From positions 1-34,002 of IMG/VR virus record IMGVR_UViG_3300048849_000077: 34,002 nt of DNA. The stretch is one strand, 5' to 3'. The notes beneath the pieces were generated by a model, which ran no database searches, was not told the DNA's origin, and worked only from the letters and a program-made list of their open reading frames with translations. This document shows, piece after piece, positions 1-8,592 of this stretch (its first letter is position 1; every line of letters begins with the position of its first letter). Source of the DNA: a virus (taxonomy: Duplodnaviria; Caudoviricetes). Both the position numbers and the translations under genes were made by a program.

Positions 1-78
1 CCCATCGGAAACATTCCGCCCGCCGAGGCCGAAGAACGATACCATGCCATGCTGGACGCGCCAGCTATGGCCGCATAA
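1..78 (+). CDS. IS3-family transposase OrfB, C-terminal fragment (partial)
   Basis: Frame 1 reads PIGNIPPAEAEERYHAMLDAPAMAA*, the typical end of the IS3 integrase core. Confidence 0.88.
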   Translation, partial: PIGNIPPAEAEERYHAMLDAPAMAA

Positions 79-117
79 CTTAAACCAAACGGTCTCCGGC
101 AAAGCCGGGGCGGTTCA
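1..117 (+). mobile_element. Right end of an IS3-family (IS51/IS629/IS6110-like) insertion sequence
   Basis: Terminal sequence ~92-117 reads TGAACCGCCCCGGCTTTGCCGGAGAC on the minus strand, the IS51-subgroup IR pattern (TGAACCGCCCCGG...GGAGAC); it is preceded by an OrfB-type C-terminus. Confidence 0.9.
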
Positions 118-1502
118 CCTTGCGCTTCAGTCTCAGCCTGCAGCGCTAGTGTGCGTTCCTTAATTTGCTCGATCTCTCGCGCGTATTCGTCCAGACTTTT
201 TCCGCTCTTTTTAGAGCCGCCCGTTTTTTTGCTTCCATCCGTCTTATAGCGAGGATCGTTCAGGTCGATCTTTGCGCCTCCACCTGGGCGCGCGCCGATC
301 TGTGGTCCGGCCAATGGCAGCGCGGGAGACAAACGATCTCCTTTACCGGTACCCAGAACACTGTTTCTGACCGCTTCCGAGGTCAACTTACCTGCTTGCT
401 CGATCTGACCTTCAAACGCCTGATTGATCCGGTCTGTGATCCCTGCCGTCGAGGTAATTGTAAGCCCGCCACCCAGGAAGCTTTTCTTGGCGCCGTCGCC
501 GGGAAGCATGTTCACGATATCGCGGCCAATACCATTATAACCCGACAAGCGAGCGTAGGCCTCCGCGAAGCTATTGACCGTGGCAATGCCGCTGTTCATC
601 GCGTTTGCAACTGCCTGGATCTGCGTGATTAGGGCATCGAAGTTAATGCTATTAATGAACGAAGAAACCCGATCGATTGCGTTGCCGAACGTTTCGCCAG
701 CTTTGGAAGACGTGTTGAATTCGCGGGCGGCATTTACGAGCGAAGTCCTGAGATTTGTCATGCGATCCTCGATCGTCAGAATCGACCCCGCAGCTTTCTG
801 TTCTAGCGATGCAGCGCCGGCTTGAAACCCATCAAAAAGAGCTTTCAATGAGAGGTTACCGTCAAGCATGATTTTTCTGAGTTTTGCTACCGAACCCTCG
901 GCTTGCTTTATCCCAGCAGCAGCTGCCTGAAGGATTGTCGGCGCGCCCTCAAGAATGGAACTAAATTCCTCGGCTCTGACTACACCTCCTCCAAGAGCCT
1001 GACTAAGCTGGGTTAAAGCTCCAGATGCTTCCTGTGCTGACGTTCCTCCTACACGCAGCGCAAGTGCCACGTTCTGCGCAAAACCCACAATCTGCTGCTG
1101 CGAGACGCCAAGTTCGTTCTGAACAAGAGACAGGCGGCTATATAGGCTCACAAGGGTCTCAATCGGGGCAGCGTTCTTCACTGCCGCTGAAAACAGAGAC
1201 TGGTAAACACTTTCGAGTTGGCTACCTGAGAGCCCGGCCACTCTCAAAGCGTTGTCGATCCGCGTAGCCGAGTCAGACAATGTCTTGAACCCTTGTGCCC
1301 CGCCGATTAACGCAAAGGCCTTACCAGCTGCGATCGCCGCGTTTGCCGCACCGTTGTTGATGGTCTTACTCATCTTGGCGAAACGCGACTCGATCTGGCG
1401 AGCTCGCTGGTTTGTTACACCCATTGCGCGATTGAGCGAGTTTTCGTATTTCTTGATGTCTGCAGACAGCTGAACAACTAGCCGTTCAAGTTCTTGGGCC
1501 AT
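118..1502 (-). pseudogene. Phage tail tape-measure protein, interrupted by the IS3 element after ~460 codons
   Basis: Not in the ORF track. ATG at 1502 with SD AAGGA: MAQELERLVVQLSADIKKYE...ASGALTQLSQALGGGVVRAEEFSSILE (tape-measure N-terminal motif); follows the tail chaperones; runs into the IS end at 117. Confidence 0.88.
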
Positions 1503-1513
1503 TCAGATATCCT
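1485..1513 (+). promoter_or_regulatory. Putative sigma70 promoter for the antisense moron gene
   Basis: TTCAAG-N17-TATCCT, 12 nt upstream of the ATG at 1526. Confidence 0.4.
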
Positions 1514-1525
1514 TTAAGGCAGGCG

Positions 1526-1837
1526 ATGAAACAGAGCGATAAACCGGGGTTTGGACGTGTAGTTATAGGTCTAGGAGCGATCGGTGCGCTTATCGCGCTC
1601 GCCGCGCAGCTTGAGGCGCCATCCAAAGTCCCAACGAAAAGCACCCCGGCAGAGACCTACCACTTGGTCCATGCGATCGGTAACACGGAGAAAATTACTG
1701 CGAGAGGGCTTTCGAAAGTCGAATGCGAAACCCAGAAAAGTGAACTGAAGGGAGTAGCGGAAGCGCTAGGGACGTATAACGAGAAGACCGGTTTCGGGTC
1801 TATCGTGTGCTTACCCGACAGCCTACTGAACAATTAG
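1526..1837 (+). CDS. Moron-like membrane-anchored hypothetical protein, antisense to the tail operon
   Basis: 103 aa, N-terminal hydrophobic helix VVIGLGAIGALIALAA, two Cys; exactly fills the gap between the chaperone and tape-measure genes. Confidence 0.75.
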   Translation: MKQSDKPGFGRVVIGLGAIGALIALAAQLEAPSKVPTKSTPAETYHLVHAIGNTEKITARGLSKVECETQKSELKGVAEALGTYNEKTGFGSIVCLPDSLLNN

Positions 1838-1853
1838 GCTTGTTAAGCAGGTG

Positions 1854-2096
1854 TTATTGCTTAGCTTGAAGCCAATTCCACAGTTCATCCGCTTCCGCGC
1901 TCGACATCTTGTCTTCTCCGCCGTTCGCCTTGACGTAACCGTCGACCGCAGCGGTAAACTGCCACATCGACATTGCGTTCACCTGTTGGGGTGAATACCC
2001 CATCGCAACGCCAACACCATATATGGCGCCAAACCTCAGCTTGCCGTTCGGCAGGTCGTCTATTCGACTTCCGCTAGATTTGGCGCCGAGGGCTCC
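1854..2096 (-). CDS. Tail assembly chaperone extension (gpT-like), reached by -1 frameshift
   Basis: The -1 frame is open from GGGGGAG (2093-2099) to TAA at 1854: GALGAKSS...AMGYSPQQVNAMSMWQFTAAVDGY...WLQAKQ*. Confidence 0.75.
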   Translation of the reverse strand, partial: GALGAKSSGSRIDDLPNGKLRFGAIYGVGVAMGYSPQQVNAMSMWQFTAAVDGYVKANGGEDKMSSAEADELWNWLQAKQ

Positions 2097-2419
2097 CCCA
2101 CAGGTTCATCCGGGGCGCCAAGAAGGCCGGCCGACAGGATCGCAACTGCAAACGAGTGGCTTTCGAGCGGTGGGCGCGTCTCAACGTACGCTCTGACCTT
2201 TTTGAGGGCGACACCAGGCTCCATTCCACCGCCAATCAGCCCCAGCCGAATGACGCTAGAGATATCCTCCATGCGCCACTGGTGAGAATGGAGCCGATGC
2301 AGCACGACATATGGCCCTGCATCCGTTTTCTCCTGGAGTTCGCTCAGCTCGCCCCAACCAAGACGGAAGCGAAACGTGCCGTCGGCCCAATCTAGGTCAA
2401 TCGTCGCGTCCCGGCTCAT
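2060..2419 (-). CDS. Tail assembly chaperone (gpG-like, GTA-family)
   Basis: FRLGWGELSELQE...IRLGLIGGG motif; lies between the tail tube and tape-measure genes. Confidence 0.8.
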   Translation of the reverse strand: MSRDATIDLDWADGTFRFRLGWGELSELQEKTDAGPYVVLHRLHSHQWRMEDISSVIRLGLIGGGMEPGVALKKVRAYVETRPPLESHSFAVAILSAGLLGAPDEPVGEPSAPNLAEVE

Positions 2420-2862
2420 CAGGCGAAGGTATCCGTGCGAACCAGCTGACCATCGGACTGCATCGAGACGTTCAGCGTCACGCGGCCTCCGACCTCCGCA
2501 CCAATCTCAAGCGATTCGATATGCATCCGGCCGGTCCATGTAACGGTACCGCCGGTGAACTCGACTTCGACTTTCACCGGCACGGATTCGGTGCTCTCGT
2601 AGGCATCGAGCCACTTGACGACGGACTCGGCGGCTAGGACGCCTTCGCCGCTGACCGATGCGGTCGTATTTTCTACGTCGCGACCGAGCACGATCGGCGC
2701 GTCAGGATCTTCGCAGTCGGGAATGGCGACTTCAGACAGAGATTTCCCGAGTGAAAGCGATTTCGAGGTAAACCCGCATGGTGCGGCGTAGACGATGGGC
2801 GCGGCGCTGTTGCCGAGCATAACGCGAAATTTACCGAAACGGGCTGTGACGGGAGGGGCCAT
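2419..2862 (-). CDS. Phage major tail (tube) protein
   Basis: 147 aa, APCGFTSKSL, IPDCEDPD, SVSGEGVL, SDG motifs; position in the operon. Confidence 0.85.
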   Translation of the reverse strand: MAPPVTARFGKFRVMLGNSAAPIVYAAPCGFTSKSLSLGKSLSEVAIPDCEDPDAPIVLGRDVENTTASVSGEGVLAAESVVKWLDAYESTESVPVKVEVEFTGGTVTWTGRMHIESLEIGAEVGGRVTLNVSMQSDGQLVRTDTFA

Positions 2863-2912
2863 GATTGTCTCCTATGGCGTTGTGAGCGGCGAGCCGCGAA
2901 GAGGGGTTCTGG

Positions 2913-3374
2913 TTATCGACCGGCGACCTCTTTGGCCGCCTTGTTGATTGACCGCGTGACGCGACTTTTCACTCGGCGGCGAAGCGCCCGAAAACTAACG
3001 TAGAAGAACGGAGATGCCGGTATCGCCGGGATCTCTGCGCCGGCGAACTTGCCGCCTGCAGTATGCGCCGCAGTGCCGAACTCGACCCAGCGCGCATAAA
3101 ATGCCTCGCCGTTGCCCGCATAAACCGTGATGGTGAGGTCGCCGCCAACCGACTGCACCTTACCGATAGTCATGGCGCCCTTCGGTGCTCTTCCCCACGT
3201 CCAACCGATGCTATCCCGCAGCGTCCCGCTATCCGCTGGCGCCAAAGACTTCGCCATAGCGACGATCTCGCCCGCGCCCTCTTCCATTGCTCCGCGAATG
3301 CGCGTTTTCACCTTTTGAGGAAGAGCATCCAGCTTGCGTTGAAGCTTTTGCAGTCCAATAATCTTGGCGGTCAT
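2913..3374 (-). CDS. HK97 gp10-family tail/neck protein
   Basis: APADSGTLRDSI, YARWVEFGT, PASPFF motifs. Confidence 0.88.
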   Translation of the reverse strand: MTAKIIGLQKLQRKLDALPQKVKTRIRGAMEEGAGEIVAMAKSLAPADSGTLRDSIGWTWGRAPKGAMTIGKVQSVGGDLTITVYAGNGEAFYARWVEFGTAAHTAGGKFAGAEIPAIPASPFFYVSFRALRRRVKSRVTRSINKAAKEVAGR

Positions 3375-3544
3375 TCCGTCGCTGAGTCCTTTTCAACCAC
3401 GTCGGCCTCCACAGCCTTGCCAGCTGCGATAGCCGCATCGGCGCACTCACGCCGCACAGTCATCTCCGTATCCGCCTTGGAGCCAATGGTGATTTGGCTC
3501 TTCGGCTTGTAATCGAAATCATCGGTAAATCTGACGCGAGCCAT
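3371..3544 (-). CDS. Small hypothetical virion-region protein (57 aa)
   Basis: Not in the ORF track. MARVRFTDDFDYKPKSQITIG...ECADAAIAAGKA...; ATGA overlap with the gp10 start. Confidence 0.75.
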   Translation of the reverse strand: MARVRFTDDFDYKPKSQITIGSKADTEMTVRRECADAAIAAGKAVEADVVEKDSATE

Positions 3545-3547
3545 GAT

Positions 3548-3949
3548 CTATTCCTCAATGGTAGCGGTGACCTGCACGACGCCATGGGCCGTGATGCGAT
3601 CGGGGTCATCCAGTACGCGGGCGAGAGTGACGCGCATCTGGACAAGAGCGCCGGATGTCATTTCAGCGTCTTTCTCATGAACCGCAGATTTCACAGCATC
3701 GACGAGCTGCTTGCACGGCCATTTCCGGCCATCATCACGGCTCCAGCAATCCAGCTGGATCGTTTCCTCGCGACCACCAATGCAGTCCGCATCATCTGGG
3801 TTGTAATCCGAAGGGCCGAAACTGATGTATGGAAAGACGGCATTATCCGGCACGCCGTCGTAAATGCGGTCGCCGACGATAGCTTGAACGGCTGCACTCT
3901 CCTCAAGTAGACGAAGGATGACGTCCTGAAAGTCAACGGAGACGCTCAT
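3548..3949 (-). CDS. Tail terminator / DUF3168-family protein
   Basis: IVGDRIYDGVP...FPYISFG, IQLDCWSR, DPDRITAHGVV. Confidence 0.85.
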   Translation of the reverse strand: MSVSVDFQDVILRLLEESAAVQAIVGDRIYDGVPDNAVFPYISFGPSDYNPDDADCIGGREETIQLDCWSRDDGRKWPCKQLVDAVKSAVHEKDAEMTSGALVQMRVTLARVLDDPDRITAHGVVQVTATIEE

Positions 3950-4290
3950 ACTGCCACGCCGCCTTCGACGGTGAATTCGAGATAGAGCCTGTCGTCAGAA
4001 GGGACCGGCCCAGATCGGATGTTGTAGATCTCGCCAGCACTGTCGCGCATTCGCCAGCTGGTATCGATGACTTTGCTTTGCGAACTGCTGCGAACCGTCA
4101 CAACGATTGGCTGGCGGCCGGCCAAGCGCGCGGCCTGTACCGCTTCACCCCCACGTAGGTAGCGGAAATTTGCCCAGACCTTGGTCGCGTCGACATCGTC
4201 GGCAAAGCCGTTCTTGATACCGCCATGACCGTCTTTGTCCTTCTTCGGCGCATCGAATGCAACGCGCCGGTCCAGCTTGCCAGCTTCCAT
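3946..4290 (-). CDS. Head-tail adaptor (head closure) protein
   Basis: MEAGKLDRRVAF...DGHGG...VWA...GGEAVQAARL; ATG at 4290 preferred over the ORF-track start. Confidence 0.85.
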   Translation of the reverse strand: MEAGKLDRRVAFDAPKKDKDGHGGIKNGFADDVDATKVWANFRYLRGGEAVQAARLAGRQPIVVTVRSSSQSKVIDTSWRMRDSAGEIYNIRSGPVPSDDRLYLEFTVEGGVAV

Positions 4291-4292
4291 CG

Positions 4293-4589
4293 CTACACCC
4301 GAAGCCAACGGTAAGGGTTCACGAGCAACTGCGCCGACTTCGGAAGCCCATCGAGACCCGTTCGGTTCTCATACATCGCCGCGACGTACATCAGCGCAGC
4401 GACCTTAAACGTGTTTTCCTTCCCCTCTGGAACGAGGGATAGGTTGCAGTATTGCAGCACGGATGCCTGAGCGGCGTCCATGTACGCTTCAATGGTAACG
4501 TCGTCGTCGCTGCCATCGACGCGAAGGTGCTCTTTCACCTCTTCGAGAGTGTAGAGCGGACCGGTAGTGAGGACGACGACGTTTGCCAT
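4293..4589 (-). CDS. Head-tail connector protein (gp6-like)
   Basis: TLEEVKEHLRVD..DDD..I..Y..AA; YENR; LVNPYR; ATG at 4589. Confidence 0.88.
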   Translation of the reverse strand: MANVVVLTTGPLYTLEEVKEHLRVDGSDDDVTIEAYMDAAQASVLQYCNLSLVPEGKENTFKVAALMYVAAMYENRTGLDGLPKSAQLLVNPYRWLRV

Positions 4590-4599
4590 TTGCGCGACC

Positions 4600-4992
4600 T
4601 TATTTGCTGGAAGGGTCGGTGATGACTTCGACACCCTGTGCGCGAAGCATATTCGCGACAGCCTCGCCAGGGGTCAAAGTTGGATCGTTGAAGTCGATCC
4701 GGTTCTGAGCAACCGTCGTGCCCTTGCGCGGGTCGGCGTCGACAGCTGGGTGCGAGAGGTCCACATCGGGCACGATCTGGACGGGCGCACCAGAGGGATC
4801 GACTTCGGTGGCCGGTGCGATGTTCGCAGCCTGTTCGGTGGCGGTCTGGTCGCTGGTTTCCGTACCGGTTTCCGGCGTGGTCGCAGGAGCCTTGTCACCG
4901 CTGTTGCTGACCGAGACCGTTTCATTGTGATGGTTGGCTTCGGGCACCTGCGCTCCGGCGCCTGCCGCGGTGGTCTGTTTCGTCGTGGCCAT
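4600..4992 (-). CDS. Hypothetical Thr/Ala/Pro-rich protein downstream of the capsid gene
   Basis: 130 aa, strong SD (AGGAGG) before the ATG; C-terminal DHPAVDADPR...NRIDFNDP-like segment. Confidence 0.75.
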   Translation of the reverse strand: MATTKQTTAAGAGAQVPEANHHNETVSVSNSGDKAPATTPETGTETSDQTATEQAANIAPATEVDPSGAPVQIVPDVDLSHPAVDADPRKGTTVAQNRIDFNDPTLTPGEAVANMLRAQGVEVITDPSSK

Positions 4993-5026
4993 GGTGGCCT
5001 CCTTTGATTTTTGGCTGAAGCATAGT

Positions 5027-5057
5027 GGTAGCGGGCGCTATAAGACGCCCGCCGCCA
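5027..5057 (-). other. GC-rich stem-loop immediately after the capsid stop (mRNA stabiliser or weak terminator)
   Basis: TGGCGGCGGGCG...CGCCCGCTACCA inverted repeat without a U-tract. Confidence 0.45.
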
Positions 5058-5060
5058 GGA

Positions 5061-6311
5061 TCAGACGCCGATCTTGAGCGCGCGCATCGGCTCGGGGTTG
5101 TAGACGCCGCCGCCAACGCGTTTCGTCGTGTAGAAGTGCACGAATGGCTTGTTAGTGTAGGGGTCGCGCAGGACGCGGATGCCGACACGGTCCACGACCA
5201 GGTAAGTCGCTTCCATGTCGCCGTAGAGAGCCGCGATGTTGCCGGCCGCCACGACCGGCATGTCAGGAACCTGAACGATCGGCGCTTCGAAGAGCGTGGA
5301 CGGCTGGCCGACAGCAGGGCTTGGCTGCCAGATGTAGTTGCCGTTGGCATCCTTGATCTTGCGATAGGCGGCGACCGACAGCCGGTTCATGAAGAACTTC
5401 GCGTTCTGCGACAGCTCTTCAGGCAGGCTGGCGATCAGGTCGATCATGGCGTCGAGCGTCACACCGGCCGCTGCGCCGGAGTTCTGCACCTGGATGGCGC
5501 CCCATGGGTGCTTGGCAGCATTGGCGGCGCCAGTCACGTAGGTGAGAATGCCATTCGGCTTGTTGACGCCATCGCCCCCAACGAAGGCGATGCCCTCTTG
5601 GCGGGAGAACTCGGTATCGACCTCGTCGGAAAGCCAGACCTCCAGATCAATGGCCGCGTCGTCGAGCATCTGCTGGGAGATCGCCGGGTTCGCGTAGATC
5701 TCGCCAGGGATGAAGTCGAGCTGACCGAACTGCGGCGTCGTGGTTGCCGGCCGCGAGGCGGTTTCACCAACCCAGCCGGAACCAACGGCGCGGTCTGTGA
5801 ACAGCTTCTTGAAGCCCGCGCCGGTGATCGACTGCACACGGGCATTGGCCCGGATTGCCGAGATCCGCTTCAGACGGCCCGTGATTGTCCGGTCCCATTC
5901 GATCGGAGCGAGATATCCGCCGTCTTCAGCCGTGCCTTTCGTCATGGCCGCCGAGACGTCGCCCTTGCGCATATGCGCCTTGAACGCCTTGGTGTACTCC
6001 GGATCGCCCGGAATATCGCCGATGATGTTGCCCGAGCCAGCCGCAGCAACCTTCGCATTCAGATCGTCGACAGCCTTCTGCATGTTCTTCTCCATCTCGG
6101 TGATGGAGGCGTTGATGCGCTCGACCTTCTCGGCAACGACGACATCCGCCTTGCCCTTCAGGTTCTCTTCGTTTGCCTTCTTGAACTCTTCGAAGGCAGC
6201 GTTGATCTGGGCCAGCATGGCCTTGGGATCGGTTGCGTCGGCGCGAGGCATTGTCAGTACGGCGCGCGGACGCGCGAGCGCGAAAGCGCCCGGAGCAAAT
6301 TTCATGGTCAT
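5061..6311 (-). CDS. HK97-fold major capsid protein
   Basis: Coiled-coil delta domain, DGGYLAP, WVGE, GDGVNKPNGIL, KDANGNYIWQP, RDPYTNKPFVHFY. Confidence 0.95.
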   Translation of the reverse strand: MTMKFAPGAFALARPRAVLTMPRADATDPKAMLAQINAAFEEFKKANEENLKGKADVVVAEKVERINASITEMEKNMQKAVDDLNAKVAAAGSGNIIGDIPGDPEYTKAFKAHMRKGDVSAAMTKGTAEDGGYLAPIEWDRTITGRLKRISAIRANARVQSITGAGFKKLFTDRAVGSGWVGETASRPATTTPQFGQLDFIPGEIYANPAISQQMLDDAAIDLEVWLSDEVDTEFSRQEGIAFVGGDGVNKPNGILTYVTGAANAAKHPWGAIQVQNSGAAAGVTLDAMIDLIASLPEELSQNAKFFMNRLSVAAYRKIKDANGNYIWQPSPAVGQPSTLFEAPIVQVPDMPVVAAGNIAALYGDMEATYLVVDRVGIRVLRDPYTNKPFVHFYTTKRVGGGVYNPEPMRALKIGV

Positions 6312-6320
6312 AGGGATCTC

Positions 6321-7274
6321 CTAGTTTGACCGGATGGAAGAAAGCAGCCCAGCAAGACCGGACCAATCGTCTGCGACAGCGCCTGGCGTGTCTTCAAAGG
6401 CAGCGCCTGGCGTGCCTTTGATCTTGGTGAGGCGGGCGCGCGCATCGCTGCGCGTCATGCCCGCCGAGACGAGGGAAAGCTCCATCGCCCGAATTTCGTT
6501 GAGATCCTCGTCGCGGGCTTTCGCCTCGTCGTCGATCTTCATGCTGTCGGCCGGCAAAAGCGCGTCGGCAAACCCTTGGCTTATGGCCTGCGACCCCGAC
6601 ATGAACGTTTCGTCGTCCATCCATTTCGCAATCTTCTTGGCGTCCTGCTTCGACCGGGCAGCATAGAGGTCGACCATCGCCTGGTCGAAAGGTTCGAGCC
6701 AGTCCGCCGTCTCCCGCATGTCGTGGCGATTGCCCTGCGCAAGTACCCAGCAATTATGGATCATCAGGAAAGAAGCAGCGCCGATCTCGATCGTGTCGCC
6801 TGCCATGGCGATGACCGACGCGGCCGAGGCGGCCATGCCCATGACCTTGACAGTGATCGGCTGGGGATGCTCCCGCAGGATATTGAAGATTGTGATCCCC
6901 TCGAACATGTCGCCGCCAGGACTGTTGATCTGGATCTCGATCGGCTTCGACCCGATGGCTTTGAGCTGTGCAGCGACCTTCTTTGCAGTGATGCCGCCCC
7001 CAGACCAATAGTCTTCGCCGATGATGTCAAACATGGTGATGACGTTGTCGCCCATCTCCAGCGAACGAACACCGGCCGCGTCGTCAGTCCAGCGATCAAA
7101 GACGTTCGGCTTGGTGTAGGCAGAGACATCCCGGTTTGCCGGTACCGGCAGCGCACCAAAACGGCCTTTGGCCTGCGGCTTGGTGACAGCACCACGCGGG
7201 AGCTTGCGGACTGATGAACCGGCCATCTGAACAGCAGCCGGCTTGACCGGCTTAGGAAGCGGCTTGTTTGTCAT
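6321..7274 (-). CDS. ClpP-like (S14) prohead maturation protease
   Basis: INSPGGDMFEG, MAASAASVIAMAG, FLMIHN; lies between portal and capsid genes. Confidence 0.92.
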   Translation of the reverse strand: MTNKPLPKPVKPAAVQMAGSSVRKLPRGAVTKPQAKGRFGALPVPANRDVSAYTKPNVFDRWTDDAAGVRSLEMGDNVITMFDIIGEDYWSGGGITAKKVAAQLKAIGSKPIEIQINSPGGDMFEGITIFNILREHPQPITVKVMGMAASAASVIAMAGDTIEIGAASFLMIHNCWVLAQGNRHDMRETADWLEPFDQAMVDLYAARSKQDAKKIAKWMDDETFMSGSQAISQGFADALLPADSMKIDDEAKARDEDLNEIRAMELSLVSAGMTRSDARARLTKIKGTPGAAFEDTPGAVADDWSGLAGLLSSIRSN

Positions 7275-7328
7275 GATCGTATCCTGTTTCGGGGTAGTCG
7301 CGTTTGCAGCCGTAGTGCTGGCCGAAAT

Positions 7329-8588
7329 TTATTGTGTAGCCGGCGGCCCGCTGTTTGGCTGCGTCATGGGATTGATCGGTTTTTCACGCTCCGGCAGATC
7401 CATCGTGTCGCGAGCTTCGTCGTAGTGGATCCACGGCTGATGCCCGCCAGCGCCGAGCGCTTTGGAGAGATAATCAGCCTGGTCCTTCAGAGATCCGCGC
7501 AGCAGGGCTCCCGGATTGAACTTGGCCTCGTAGAGTTCGACCTCCTCATCATCGAGCAGGCATCGCTCGACAGCTTGCTGCCAGGCTTCGAACCATGGGT
7601 TTAGAGCGTACGCGACGAAGAACTGCCCCAGCGCTTCGATGCCAGAGCCCCAACTGGTCTCATCCACCATCAGTAGCGGGCGAGGCACGCCAGATACGCG
7701 GGCAATTTCCTCGATCTGGAGCTTGCGCAGCTCTGTCATCTGGGAGTCTTTGGCGTTCGAACCGTAGGCCTTCCACTCCATCCCTTCTTCAAGGATCAGG
7801 TTCTTGCCGGCGTTCTCGGCACCCTCCTTTTCCGAGAGGCTGTCTTTCAGCCGATTGTAGGCGTCGTCTCCGAGCTTTCCCGGATGTGACAGTGCGCCAC
7901 CAACCAAGGTTCCGTTCTTGAACATTCGGCCTGCGGCAAGCTCGGCACTCAGCGCAAGGCCAATCGCCTCCTTTGCCTGCTCGATCAGCGAAAAGCCATT
8001 TAACCCGTCGATCGACGCACCGCGGAGGTGGAAGATATCTTCAGCCTGGTATCGAACTTTCGGCCCGTTGCTAGGCTCATAAAGGTATTCCATACGCCAA
8101 CTAGCGTTAAGGCTGACGGTCATCTTGCGAGCATCGAGAGGGACCAACCCCGACACTGTCGGTTTGCCTGTACGGATGCTCGTCGATCGTAGAATGCGGG
8201 CAAAGCTGTTCTTGTGGACCAGCGCACGCATCTGCATGCAGGCGCGAAAGTCGAATGCACTTTGAAAGCTGTTCGGCCGGCGATGCAGCACGCGGTAAAG
8301 CGGATGGTCCTTTGCCTTTTCCTTCGTCTCCTGAACGATTAGGTGCAGTGGCAGCATGCCGATCGAGTTGGAGATCAGGCTGCAGGCCCTGAACATGGAT
8401 GGGTTTCGCAGCGCAGTTTCCGGGTTCACTGTGAAACCGGTCGCAGTCATCATCCCATCGCGAAGGAACTCGATCAGGCGAGGATCATCCAGCGACACGT
8501 AGCCTGCGCCAGATGCCATGACTTCTGCGCGCCCGGTCGACGAGGCAACAGCAAGCGCGGTCTGGCGGGCCTGTTTCTTCTTACCCAT
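7329..8588 (-). CDS. HK97-family portal protein
   Basis: HPLYRVL..RPN, IFHLRG, ILEEGM, EIARVSGVP. Confidence 0.93.
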   Translation of the reverse strand: MGKKKQARQTALAVASSTGRAEVMASGAGYVSLDDPRLIEFLRDGMMTATGFTVNPETALRNPSMFRACSLISNSIGMLPLHLIVQETKEKAKDHPLYRVLHRRPNSFQSAFDFRACMQMRALVHKNSFARILRSTSIRTGKPTVSGLVPLDARKMTVSLNASWRMEYLYEPSNGPKVRYQAEDIFHLRGASIDGLNGFSLIEQAKEAIGLALSAELAAGRMFKNGTLVGGALSHPGKLGDDAYNRLKDSLSEKEGAENAGKNLILEEGMEWKAYGSNAKDSQMTELRKLQIEEIARVSGVPRPLLMVDETSWGSGIEALGQFFVAYALNPWFEAWQQAVERCLLDDEEVELYEAKFNPGALLRGSLKDQADYLSKALGAGGHQPWIHYDEARDTMDLPEREKPINPMTQPNSGPPATQ

Positions 8589-8592
8589 CGGC

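Noticed and set aside
2060-7274. Gene transfer agent cluster
   Set aside because: The GTA-like tail genes sit with int, cI/cro, replication genes and a tRNA attachment site, which indicates a prophage
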